Below, piece by piece: positions 20,514 through 29,099 of a DNA stretch of 55,883 nt. Within the stretch, counting starts at the first letter, position 1; every line of letters starts with the position of its first letter. The notes beneath the pieces were generated by a model. That model did no database searches. It was given only the letters and a program-made list of their open reading frames with translations, and had not been told where the DNA came from. Source of the stretch: a virus (Duplodnaviria; Caudoviricetes); IMG/VR virus record IMGVR_UViG_3300020439_001829, positions 1 to 55,883 of that record; one strand, given 5' to 3'. A program made the translations under genes and the position numbers.

Positions 20514-21065
20514 TTATTGTAATAAATCTACAATATTTCCTTTCAATCCATTTTCTTTTAATGCATGTAATAAAGCTATTTTATTCCATATTTCAATATC
20601 AAATATCAGATGAGTATAACCTTGACCATACAAATATTTGAATCCTTGTTGAGAAATAGAATAATCATTTATACCACGATAATCCTTATCAATCCAAATA
20701 TTATAACCATACAATCTTTTATCACCAAATTGCATAACAAGTTCAGATTCAGAATAACTTGGTGTATTGTAAATAGGGCAACCATTTTTATCCCATGATT
20801 TAAATATTTTACTACCAGCCCACAACCAAGATATAATTCTCTCGCCATCAGTAATATACATAAACTTATCACCATTTTTAATTCTAAAATCAAAATCTGA
20901 TTCTGTCCACATACCATCATAATCATCAATGTCTTTATTAAATAACTCTAATTGTTTATTGAGATTATCTGGTTTACCAACTTTGAAATTAGGATTTAGT
21001 TTTACATTTCGTTGATGATAAAGATTACATTCAACTCGTATTAATTTTTCTTTACTACTTTCCAT
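20514..21065 (-). CDS. GNAT acetyltransferase-like
   Basis: YNIWIDKDYRG and WNKIAL...NG motifs. Confidence 0.6.
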   Translation of the reverse strand: MESSKEKLIRVECNLYHQRNVKLNPNFKVGKPDNLNKQLELFNKDIDDYDGMWTESDFDFRIKNGDKFMYITDGERIISWLWAGSKIFKSWDKNGCPIYNTPSYSESELVMQFGDKRLYGYNIWIDKDYRGINDYSISQQGFKYLYGQGYTHLIFDIEIWNKIALLHALKENGLKGNIVDLLQ

Positions 21066-21724
21066 CCACTCTTCTTCACTATATTATCACTTCTACCTGT
21101 CCAATAAAAGAACTCACCATCGAATCTAAATATATCGTTAGTATCATAATAATCTCCATCATAATTAGATAACATTGCATTCCCTCTTAAATGTAAAGTT
21201 TTATCCAACATAATATCCCAACCACTTAATCTTCTTAGACCAGTATGAACTTTATCACCTTTAGTAAAATCAGTTCCAAAAACAATTGGTACACACTCAG
21301 TAGAACCATATCCATGCATTACTTTTTGTACACCCAACTCTAACATAAACTCTATATCATCTATTGATGTTTCTTCAGCACCTATTAACATATGTTCTAT
21401 TCCACTTAAATCTGGTCGTAATCCACTTTCTTTTAACATTCTTACCATTGTAGGTATTAATATTAATTTTGTAGGTTTCTCTGATAACATCTCAACAAAA
21501 ACTTCTGGTGAGAATTTATTATCAAATACTTTACCACCAACTTGTTCTAATGGAACTGCCATAATGTAAACACCAATAGTATGTCTTGGTATAAAATTCA
21601 AAAGTACATCTGATTCTTTTAAATCAAATAACTTTATATTTCTATCAATAGCATCTTGTAAAGATTCTTTTGTATGTAATATATCCTTTGGTTCACCTGT
21701 AGAACCAGTGGTTTTAAACTTCAC
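21041..21724 (-). CDS. Short AMP-binding (acyl-CoA ligase-like) enzyme
   Basis: TTGSTGEPK, GYGSTE, YDTND and GRSDN motifs; probable GTG start at 21724; C-terminal subdomain missing. Confidence 0.8.
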   Translation of the reverse strand: MKFKTTGSTGEPKDILHTKESLQDAIDRNIKLFDLKESDVLLNFIPRHTIGVYIMAVPLEQVGGKVFDNKFSPEVFVEMLSEKPTKLILIPTMVRMLKESGLRPDLSGIEHMLIGAEETSIDDIEFMLELGVQKVMHGYGSTECVPIVFGTDFTKGDKVHTGLRRLSGWDIMLDKTLHLRGNAMLSNYDGDYYDTNDIFRFDGEFFYWTGRSDNIVKKSGWKVVKKN

Positions 21725-22124
21725 TTTTACCCCACTTGATAATATTCCAAACTCTTTCATGAACATAATGTGTAACAATAAATGCAATGTTACTATATAT
21801 TGTCCACTCTAAAGATGAACTATTATCTAATCCTAAGGCCTTTCCTATAAAGAATAGTACTATGAAAGAATAAACTCTCCAAGTAATTGTTTTAACAATA
21901 CTTCTTCGTTTGCTATCACTTTCATTTAATCTATCCCAATTAACACGATTCCAAATATATTCATGTATAAGATAACTTACAAACCCTATCGTATAACTTG
22001 CAACTACTAATTTCAATGCAAATCCACTACCATATCCTAACAGAGAAGATAGTAAAAATATCGAAAGTAATCCTGCAGTTCTATAACTTAAGGTTTTAAC
22101 TATTGTTCTGTAATTTTTATCCAT
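21714..22124 (-). CDS. DUF2061-like membrane protein (two repeats)
   Basis: Tandem RTIVKTLSYR...HEYIWN / RSIVKTITWR...HERVWN repeats with hydrophobic helices. Confidence 0.75.
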   Translation of the reverse strand: MDKNYRTIVKTLSYRTAGLLSIFLLSSLLGYGSGFALKLVVASYTIGFVSYLIHEYIWNRVNWDRLNESDSKRRSIVKTITWRVYSFIVLFFIGKALGLDNSSSLEWTIYSNIAFIVTHYVHERVWNIIKWGKSEV

Positions 22125-22361
22125 TTATGCTCCTTGTTGAATTTGACTCATCATATTTTTTGGTATTGAACCACAATTACCACACGCGAATACTTGTATT
22201 GGTACTATTGCCTCTTTACCTGTTGGACTCATTAATGCAGATATTCTCTTCAAAAAGAATGATTGTATGAAAGATGCGTTTCCACACTCCTCACATTGAA
22301 TCGTATCTGCTTTTGAAATATCTATTTCTTGTGGTGGTTCTTGGTATTTTCTATCACTCAT
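22125..22361 (-). CDS. Small zinc-ribbon phage protein
   Basis: CEECG...CGNCG motif. Confidence 0.6.
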   Translation of the reverse strand: MSDRKYQEPPQEIDISKADTIQCEECGNASFIQSFFLKRISALMSPTGKEAIVPIQVFACGNCGSIPKNMMSQIQQGA

Positions 22362-23284
22362 TTTATCTTCCCTATTATTTCTATGAACATTGCCATAATG
22401 TTAATTTCTTTATCAACAACTACCGCATCTGATTGTTGGTATTGTGCAAGTACTAATATACACTCTGCTACATGTCCTCTACCCCAGTCATCAACAGTGT
22501 CAAATAATAATCTGAACAAATCAGAAAAATCTGTCACTTTTGAATCTGCAAGTAATTGTCTTATATTTTTAAACGAATTCTTTTTATCTTGTGTTTTTAA
22601 GATTTCTAACACTTGGTTCTTGTAATCACTTTGGATACTCATTCCCTCATCAATAACTAACTTGTTATCAACCACCTGTCTTTGTGCAGCATTGATTACT
22701 CTTCTGATATCTGGATAACCACCATTCACTATTGTTACGATATCTTCTATCTCATTTGTAACATTCTCTTTAGTTAAGATATTACCCAAATGAACTGCAA
22801 CTTGTTTTCTATCTGGTGGTATAATCTGAAATGATTGACACCTTGATTGTATTGGGTCAATGATTCTCTCAACATAATTACAAGTTAAAATAAACCTACA
22901 ATGTTTTGAGAATGTTTCCATTAAGTTTCTCAATGCAGCCTGAGCATTTGGTGTAATGTAATCACACTCATCCAAGATAATAACTTTCATCTCTTGGAAT
23001 CCGAGTGTTGAGGCAAAGTTCTTAACCTTATCACGAACCACCTCTACACTATTTTCATCCGATGCATTGATATATAGATAATCACAATCTATATTATTAA
23101 CAAGTAATTTAGCGAGAGTGGTTTTACCTGTACCGGCTCTTCCAAACAATAGAAGATGTGGTAAATCTCCACTCTCAAGATACAACTTGACCTTACTCTT
23201 CAAGTGGTCGTTTCCGATGTAAGAATCAAGCGATGAAGGCCGATACTTTTCAACCCATAATGTATTTTTTATTTCTTTTTCCAT
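22358..23284 (-). CDS. Clamp loader large subunit (RFC / T4 gp44-like)
   Basis: WVEKYRP, GRAGTGKTT, INASD, LDECD and SRC motifs. Confidence 0.95.
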   Translation of the reverse strand: MEKEIKNTLWVEKYRPSSLDSYIGNDHLKSKVKLYLESGDLPHLLLFGRAGTGKTTLAKLLVNNIDCDYLYINASDENSVEVVRDKVKNFASTLGFQEMKVIILDECDYITPNAQAALRNLMETFSKHCRFILTCNYVERIIDPIQSRCQSFQIIPPDRKQVAVHLGNILTKENVTNEIEDIVTIVNGGYPDIRRVINAAQRQVVDNKLVIDEGMSIQSDYKNQVLEILKTQDKKNSFKNIRQLLADSKVTDFSDLFRLLFDTVDDWGRGHVAECILVLAQYQQSDAVVVDKEINIMAMFIEIIGKIK

Positions 23285-24483
23285 ATCCAAATTGGTTCTC
23301 CAAATGCTGTGTTTTGTGTTTCTTGTGTTTTTTCTTTTAGTTCTTCATTAAAATATTCACTCTTGGCATTTCCTGCACCACCACTATTGAATCGTTTAGT
23401 CATTTCCATTCCTATACAACCATAGTATTCCATACCTTGTGATTTCAAATAATCATTCATTGGATTACAGATTTCTAAATAACCCTTATCTGGTGCAGAA
23501 TATACATCTGAAATATTAACTGCAATTATACCATCTTTCTTTAAAGTAAATATCAACTTGCCAAGTGTAGAATGCAAAAAATCTTCATTCCATCTATCAA
23601 TATTTGTATATCGTTTATAACTTTGTGTATCCTCATCCGAATACTTTTCAATATTAAAATATGGTGGTGAAGTAAAAATTGTATCGAAGTAATTTTCATA
23701 CTTAGTATAATCTACATCTTCTGCAGGTGAACAAATCAATTCTACTTCTTTTGGTTCTTCAAAAAATGTTTGATGTTTTTTATAGAACTCAACTTGTTTC
23801 TGATAGTTTGGATGGTTGTTTGTGTTTGGGTCAATCCCAACGAATGATTTTGTTGTCTCTCCACAATAAAACCCAGCCAACCTATCACCCCAACCAGCAG
23901 AAAAATCGAGTACATTAACACTTTTAAAATAATCATAAAATCCTTTCGCGATACTTGGTTTGAATTGTGATGCCACATATTTTCTTAATGTGGTTGCCAT
24001 TCTAATACTTTGTAAATCAACCTTTGTTAATACTTGTTCTAATGTATAGAATGCCCTAACAATTGTTTTGATTCCTTTTACTGTCTGCCATGTTCTCCAA
24101 CCACTCGGTGTTCTCACCCAATCAACTTTCCATCTATTCTCTATATGAAATCCATTTGATGCATTGTTACCTGAATTATCTTTCTTGAAATATAAATCAG
24201 TTAGTGGATAATTATATTGATTTTCATTTCTTGGAAACCATTTACCCTCAACTAAAATATCATTAAACTGAACACCCTTTAATTTATTCAAACTCTTTAG
24301 TGTGTCCTCTTCTGATATCTCTGGTATTGGACATGGATATGTATGTAGACATTCTGATAACTCTTGTATCACATCATCTTTTTCATAAGTTTCCATAATC
24401 ATTTGCCACTCATCTTCAGGTATATAAAGATAAGGTTTCATATTATAAAACTTCTTAAAATATTCTTTTACACTTTTTTCCAT
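23269..24483 (-). CDS. Amino-type (N4C/N6A) DNA methyltransferase, paralog 2
   Basis: LDFSAGWGDRL (SAM-binding) and FTSPPYF (catalytic) motifs. Confidence 0.8.
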   Translation of the reverse strand: MEKSVKEYFKKFYNMKPYLYIPEDEWQMIMETYEKDDVIQELSECLHTYPCPIPEISEEDTLKSLNKLKGVQFNDILVEGKWFPRNENQYNYPLTDLYFKKDNSGNNASNGFHIENRWKVDWVRTPSGWRTWQTVKGIKTIVRAFYTLEQVLTKVDLQSIRMATTLRKYVASQFKPSIAKGFYDYFKSVNVLDFSAGWGDRLAGFYCGETTKSFVGIDPNTNNHPNYQKQVEFYKKHQTFFEEPKEVELICSPAEDVDYTKYENYFDTIFTSPPYFNIEKYSDEDTQSYKRYTNIDRWNEDFLHSTLGKLIFTLKKDGIIAVNISDVYSAPDKGYLEICNPMNDYLKSQGMEYYGCIGMEMTKRFNSGGAGNAKSEYFNEELKEKTQETQNTAFGEPIWIWKKK

Positions 24484-25706
24484 ATCCAAATAGGTTCACA
24501 AAATGTTTTATCTTTTGTTGTTTCAGCCAGTTCCCTCGTTTCATCTTTAAATCGTTCTTCTGCAGCAGTTCCTGCTCCACCACTATTTGGTCTCTTTGCC
24601 ATCTCCATACCAATACAACCTTGATACTCTGAATCACCAAATGTACTTATGAAATCATTCATAGGATTACAAATCTCTAACCATGTTTTTCCATTAGTAC
24701 CCATTCGTTTTATCTTGGCTCCACTACTTGCATAAACATCACTAATATTTACTAATAAATGTCCACCACTTTTTATTGAAGGCCAGATTTTTTCTATTGT
24801 TTTTTGTAAGAACTTTTCATTCCACTCATCAATAGTTTTATATCTAACCCAACTCTGAGTATCATCATAACTATATCTCTCAACACTAAAATAAGGTGGT
24901 GATGTGAAGACTGTATCATACATATTTTCTCTGTATTCAAAATCCTCTGCAGGTATTTCTACGAACATACTCTTTTTATCAACCTCAAACATAGTTCTAT
25001 GTTTTTCATAAAATTGTTTCTGTTCTTCATAGATAGGATGATTTTCTTTTCGTGGGTCTAACCCAATATAAAACTCTCCTGTCTCACTTGCATAGAATCC
25101 AGCCAATCTATCTCCCCATCCTGCTGAGAAATCTAATATACTTTTACTACCCAATTTATCATATAATACCTTGGCAACATTTGGTTTGAATTGAGAACAA
25201 ATATACTTTCTCAAACTCAACATGATTCTTAAGTTACCTGCATCAATCTTTGATAACTTAAGTGAATATGCAGAACCCATCAAACTTATCATATATTTTT
25301 CTGTTTCCCAAGTTCTCTTTGGGCCTGGGGCAATTGTACCATCAACACTCCATCTATTTTTTTGTTGGAAATAATTACTGGCAGCATTACCTGTATTATT
25401 TCTTCTGAAGTATTGTTGTTTACCTTCCCAAGTTAAATCATATTTGTATTCAGTTCCCTCTCGGGCAAACCATTCTCCCTCAATGAGAATCTCATTGTGT
25501 CTCATACCCTTTAATTTCCGAAGAGCCTTTAACGAATCTTCTTCAGAAATATCGGCGTAAGGAATGGGATAATCCATCGCAACTTTTGCCAAAGATTCTT
25601 TTACATCATCTTTATCGAAAGTTCTTTTGATGTATTCCCATTCCTCTTCACCAATAAAGAGATATGGTTCCATGTTTTTGAACTTGTCAAAATACTCTAA
25701 ATACAT
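24468..25706 (-). CDS. Amino-type (N4C/N6A) DNA methyltransferase, paralog 1
   Basis: LDFSAGWGDRL and FTSPPYF motifs; colinear with the neighbouring paralog. Confidence 0.8.
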   Translation of the reverse strand: MYLEYFDKFKNMEPYLFIGEEEWEYIKRTFDKDDVKESLAKVAMDYPIPYADISEEDSLKALRKLKGMRHNEILIEGEWFAREGTEYKYDLTWEGKQQYFRRNNTGNAASNYFQQKNRWSVDGTIAPGPKRTWETEKYMISLMGSAYSLKLSKIDAGNLRIMLSLRKYICSQFKPNVAKVLYDKLGSKSILDFSAGWGDRLAGFYASETGEFYIGLDPRKENHPIYEEQKQFYEKHRTMFEVDKKSMFVEIPAEDFEYRENMYDTVFTSPPYFSVERYSYDDTQSWVRYKTIDEWNEKFLQKTIEKIWPSIKSGGHLLVNISDVYASSGAKIKRMGTNGKTWLEICNPMNDFISTFGDSEYQGCIGMEMAKRPNSGGAGTAAEERFKDETRELAETTKDKTFCEPIWIWKKV

Positions 25707-26440
25707 TAATTAACTTGTTGTGTTGCTACTAAGTAGTACTCCGAATAGTAATCATCAATATTAAAACTGATAGTTGCAATACCTTGTGAACTCACTTTAA
25801 GAACTGCCTTTTGACATTCTTTATTTGCAGTTAAGATATTTGCAAACATTGTAGCATTAAATGATACAACATCTATATCACCAGTCTTCTTACCCGTAAC
25901 TGGAATTGTAACTCTGTTTGTTGCAACATTACTAAATCCAATAATCACTTCCACATTTTCACCATTTACAGCAATTGTAAAAGTATCTGTATCAGGTAGA
26001 GCACTTTTACCACCAATAAATGTATTGATGAATTGTGAATCAATATCGAGTTCTAAATCCCACTCACTCGGAAGATTTTTCAAATCTGGTGGTGTAGGTA
26101 TTACAGATAAATCACTCAACATATATTTTGATTTAGTTCCGTTACTATCTTTCATTTCAGCACTAACGAATTTATCACCCATTTGTGCGAAATCGACTTC
26201 AACATCTTCACCCAAAATTTTCATCAAAGAAACAAATTGACCAGTGTTATAAACACCGACTGTAGATGGGTCTATATCAGTAAAATTACTTAGTTTTACA
26301 GAACCAACTAATGATTTGTCTCCACTTATAAATCTCGTGGATAGAGAGTTTCCATCACTTGTCCACTTAACAGATTTGATTTCTCCGCCAAGTGTGTATT
26401 TTTCTATGAATCGCAATAATGCAGATTGTTTCATAACCAT
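25706..26440 (-). CDS. DNA polymerase sliding clamp (gp45-like)
   Basis: ~244 aa, C-terminal SEYYLVA, positioned between PolB and the clamp loader. Confidence 0.75.
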   Translation of the reverse strand: MVMKQSALLRFIEKYTLGGEIKSVKWTSDGNSLSTRFISGDKSLVGSVKLSNFTDIDPSTVGVYNTGQFVSLMKILGEDVEVDFAQMGDKFVSAEMKDSNGTKSKYMLSDLSVIPTPPDLKNLPSEWDLELDIDSQFINTFIGGKSALPDTDTFTIAVNGENVEVIIGFSNVATNRVTIPVTGKKTGDIDVVSFNATMFANILTANKECQKAVLKVSSQGIATISFNIDDYYSEYYLVATQQVN

Positions 26441-26476
26441 TTTCTCCTATTATTCATTATTTAATTATCTCTATAT

Positions 26477-26503
26477 ATACATATATACAAGAATTCCCAA
26501 AAT
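26477..26503 (-). promoter_or_regulatory. Phage-specific promoter motif (ATTTT-N15-TAYNTAT)
   Basis: ATTTT-N15-TATGTAT upstream of the clamp gene; one of six copies with identical spacing. Confidence 0.55.
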
Positions 26504-29007
26504 CAAAAAAATCTTTCAATACTTTGTTGTTTATCTACAACATCTGTCCAACCCATAGATTTGTAGAACATACCAATCTTTTTATCCATTGCCTGTTCAA
26601 ACATTCTATTATGGTCAATATATTTTTTGATAAAATCTAAAATTTGTGGTGGGTCTTCCCAACCTTTATAACCTATGGTATCAAATCCAAACTCGTTTTC
26701 TTTTAAATACACCCATTTAATTTTATTACCATTTCCAATCTTCTCATATTTTCTACCCTCAAACCAATATTCTAATAATGAGTTATAGTTTATTGCTGCC
26801 TTTACATGGACAGGTGCACCCTTTTTATATTTACTGAATGGTGAATCTTCATCATGTTCAATATACTTACCAATACCTTTTACACCGATTGGATTTGCCA
26901 TAACATCATAATGTAACATACTCATATTTCTTTTGAACTTACTGATTCTCTCATCGATTTGTTCTTTAGGAACATTGGCCAATATATCTTCCAACACATT
27001 ACTTAATAACTCTTTCATGGCAACTGCAAAATTACTTCTGACTGTATCCAAACCTTTAACATGAATCTTATCACACTTTCTACCTGCATCATTTATGATT
27101 CGTAATCCATATCGTTTCTTGGTAATGAATAATCCAGTCTTTGCAACTACCTCTTGTTTAATATCAAATACATGGTCATCAATATTCAAGAACTTCTTGG
27201 CAAAGTAATTGTAACTCTCATTCAGAAAATCTTGTACCTCACCACATATCTCCATAATTCTTTGTGTCATCATCACTTCTGATAACTTCTCATTTGGAAA
27301 TCTCTTTTCAATTAATGGAACGGCAGAGGCAAAAATAGAATCGGTATCTATGTATATAACATAATCATCTTTATCTCCAAGTTCTTTGTTATAAAAATGA
27401 TTGGTTATTTTCTTACTGAACTTAATTAAGGCTTGACCAGTAGATGTTGTTGCCTCTGCGTTATCCAAATCATAAAATCTAAATACAGGTAATCCCAATA
27501 CACCATACAAGGAATTCAATAGAATCTTCTGTAGGTATTGTCTTCTATCAAAGTATTCTTCTTTTTGTTTATCACCTTGTTCATGAAATTTCTTAACAAG
27601 TTTTCTCATCTCAACTCTTTCATTGAACCACTTAGTTAGAAGTGCAGGAATCAATCCTTGTTTATCTGTACGATACATAATACCATTCGATGATATACTT
27701 AATCCTGTCTCTTCTAAATACTTTCCAAAATCTTTATTACTAATTGTATCAATCTTTTTACCATCTCTATTTTTTAGTGTATAGGTTTTTACTAAATCTT
27801 TTTTCAAGAACTCTTCTGCATCCCACCCATCAACTTTACCAACCTTTGTTTCTGGTGAAATATTTAGAGAACGAATTACACTTGGATACATACTTGTGAT
27901 ATCCAAATCATAAACCCAATCGTGTCTACCTTGTTGTGGTGATTGAACATATGCACCTGCAAACTTATCATCATCACTTCTTTTATAAACATTCTTTGGT
28001 TTATTAGGTGCAACCACTCCAATCTTTTTCAGATAAACTAATATTGCACCCTCAAGATATCTTGAACTCATCATCACATCTTCATAAGGTACATGACCAA
28101 GATGTGCTATACCTCTTGCAATACCAATGTAATCTAACTTCTTATCTAACTCAATTAAGATTCGTACATCTCGAATATTGTAATCTATGAATGTCTGTAA
28201 ATCTTTTTCATATAAATCATTTAGTGTTCCCTCATACGAAACCTTTTTCATACCCACTTCTACTTCACCAATATAATCTAATCTATAACTTGATTGTTGG
28301 ATTGGTGAGAACTTACGATACAATGTAAGATAATCTAAACAACTAACACCTGCAATATTATGTTTCTTTTTGTATTCATTATAATATACATCACGAATTG
28401 GTGATAACATATCTGCAACTGGTTTACCTAATACATTTACGGTACGATTATATAAATAAGGAATATCGAAAAACTCTGAATTCCAACCACTCAAAATATG
28501 TGGTTGTATCTCTGCATACTTCTGATAAAACTTTGTTAGTAAGTCATGTTCACTTGTAAATAACTCAACTATCTCATCATCCTTTTCATAGTTCTGAATA
28601 GTTCTTTTTTCATCTAAGGTATAACAATAATACTTTTGTATCATTTCATCATAAAACGCAATCGAAGTTATTTTCTCATTGGCCTTCATAACATCAGGAA
28701 AACCATCCACTACCTCTACCTCGATATCAAAAAATAAAGTTCTGATTCCCTCACTTACATCATCGGAATCAGTATATTGGTCTACTAAAAATCTTGTTGT
28801 GATTGGAACATCACTTTCGAATAAATTGGGGTCATCATTATCCCATTGAGTTACTTTCTTTACTTTATCACCATCTAATGTATAATGTAAACCAGTAGAG
28901 TTTTTAACATAGGCATACTTTCTATATGGAACAATTAGATGTCCTTTTAAATCATCCCAAACATGGATTTTGTTTTTTCTCTTTTCGTAATGAATTGCCT
29001 GATACAA
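26503..29007 (-). CDS. Family B DNA polymerase (T4 gp43-like)
   Basis: FDIEV exonuclease motif, DITSMYPS, KILLNSLYG, YIDTDS and KKRY motifs; TTG start with GAGG RBS. Confidence 0.97.
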   Translation of the reverse strand: MYQAIHYEKRKNKIHVWDDLKGHLIVPYRKYAYVKNSTGLHYTLDGDKVKKVTQWDNDDPNLFESDVPITTRFLVDQYTDSDDVSEGIRTLFFDIEVEVVDGFPDVMKANEKITSIAFYDEMIQKYYCYTLDEKRTIQNYEKDDEIVELFTSEHDLLTKFYQKYAEIQPHILSGWNSEFFDIPYLYNRTVNVLGKPVADMLSPIRDVYYNEYKKKHNIAGVSCLDYLTLYRKFSPIQQSSYRLDYIGEVEVGMKKVSYEGTLNDLYEKDLQTFIDYNIRDVRILIELDKKLDYIGIARGIAHLGHVPYEDVMMSSRYLEGAILVYLKKIGVVAPNKPKNVYKRSDDDKFAGAYVQSPQQGRHDWVYDLDITSMYPSVIRSLNISPETKVGKVDGWDAEEFLKKDLVKTYTLKNRDGKKIDTISNKDFGKYLEETGLSISSNGIMYRTDKQGLIPALLTKWFNERVEMRKLVKKFHEQGDKQKEEYFDRRQYLQKILLNSLYGVLGLPVFRFYDLDNAEATTSTGQALIKFSKKITNHFYNKELGDKDDYVIYIDTDSIFASAVPLIEKRFPNEKLSEVMMTQRIMEICGEVQDFLNESYNYFAKKFLNIDDHVFDIKQEVVAKTGLFITKKRYGLRIINDAGRKCDKIHVKGLDTVRSNFAVAMKELLSNVLEDILANVPKEQIDERISKFKRNMSMLHYDVMANPIGVKGIGKYIEHDEDSPFSKYKKGAPVHVKAAINYNSLLEYWFEGRKYEKIGNGNKIKWVYLKENEFGFDTIGYKGWEDPPQILDFIKKYIDHNRMFEQAMDKKIGMFYKSMGWTDVVDKQQSIERFF

Positions 29008-29023
29008 ATAAAACCTCTTTAAT

Positions 29024-29050
29024 ATAAATAGATTAAAAAAATCTGAAAAC
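29024..29050 (-). promoter_or_regulatory. Phage-specific promoter motif
   Basis: GTTTT-N15-TATTTAT upstream of polB. Confidence 0.55.
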
Positions 29051-29063
29051 TTAAATTATTTTT

Positions 29064-29097
29064 GTAAGTGGGGGGAAATAAATCCCCCCATAATTAC
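29064..29097 (-). terminator. GC-rich hairpin after the TonB receptor gene (terminator or mRNA stabiliser)
   Basis: TGGGGGGA-N6-TCCCCCCA immediately after the stop; lacks a clear U-tract. Confidence 0.55.
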
Positions 29098-29099
29098 AA

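Noticed and set aside
24455-24640. Apparent frameshift or extension ORF between the two methyltransferases
   Set aside because: An alternative-frame read of the first MTase's tail; both MTases are complete in their own frames.
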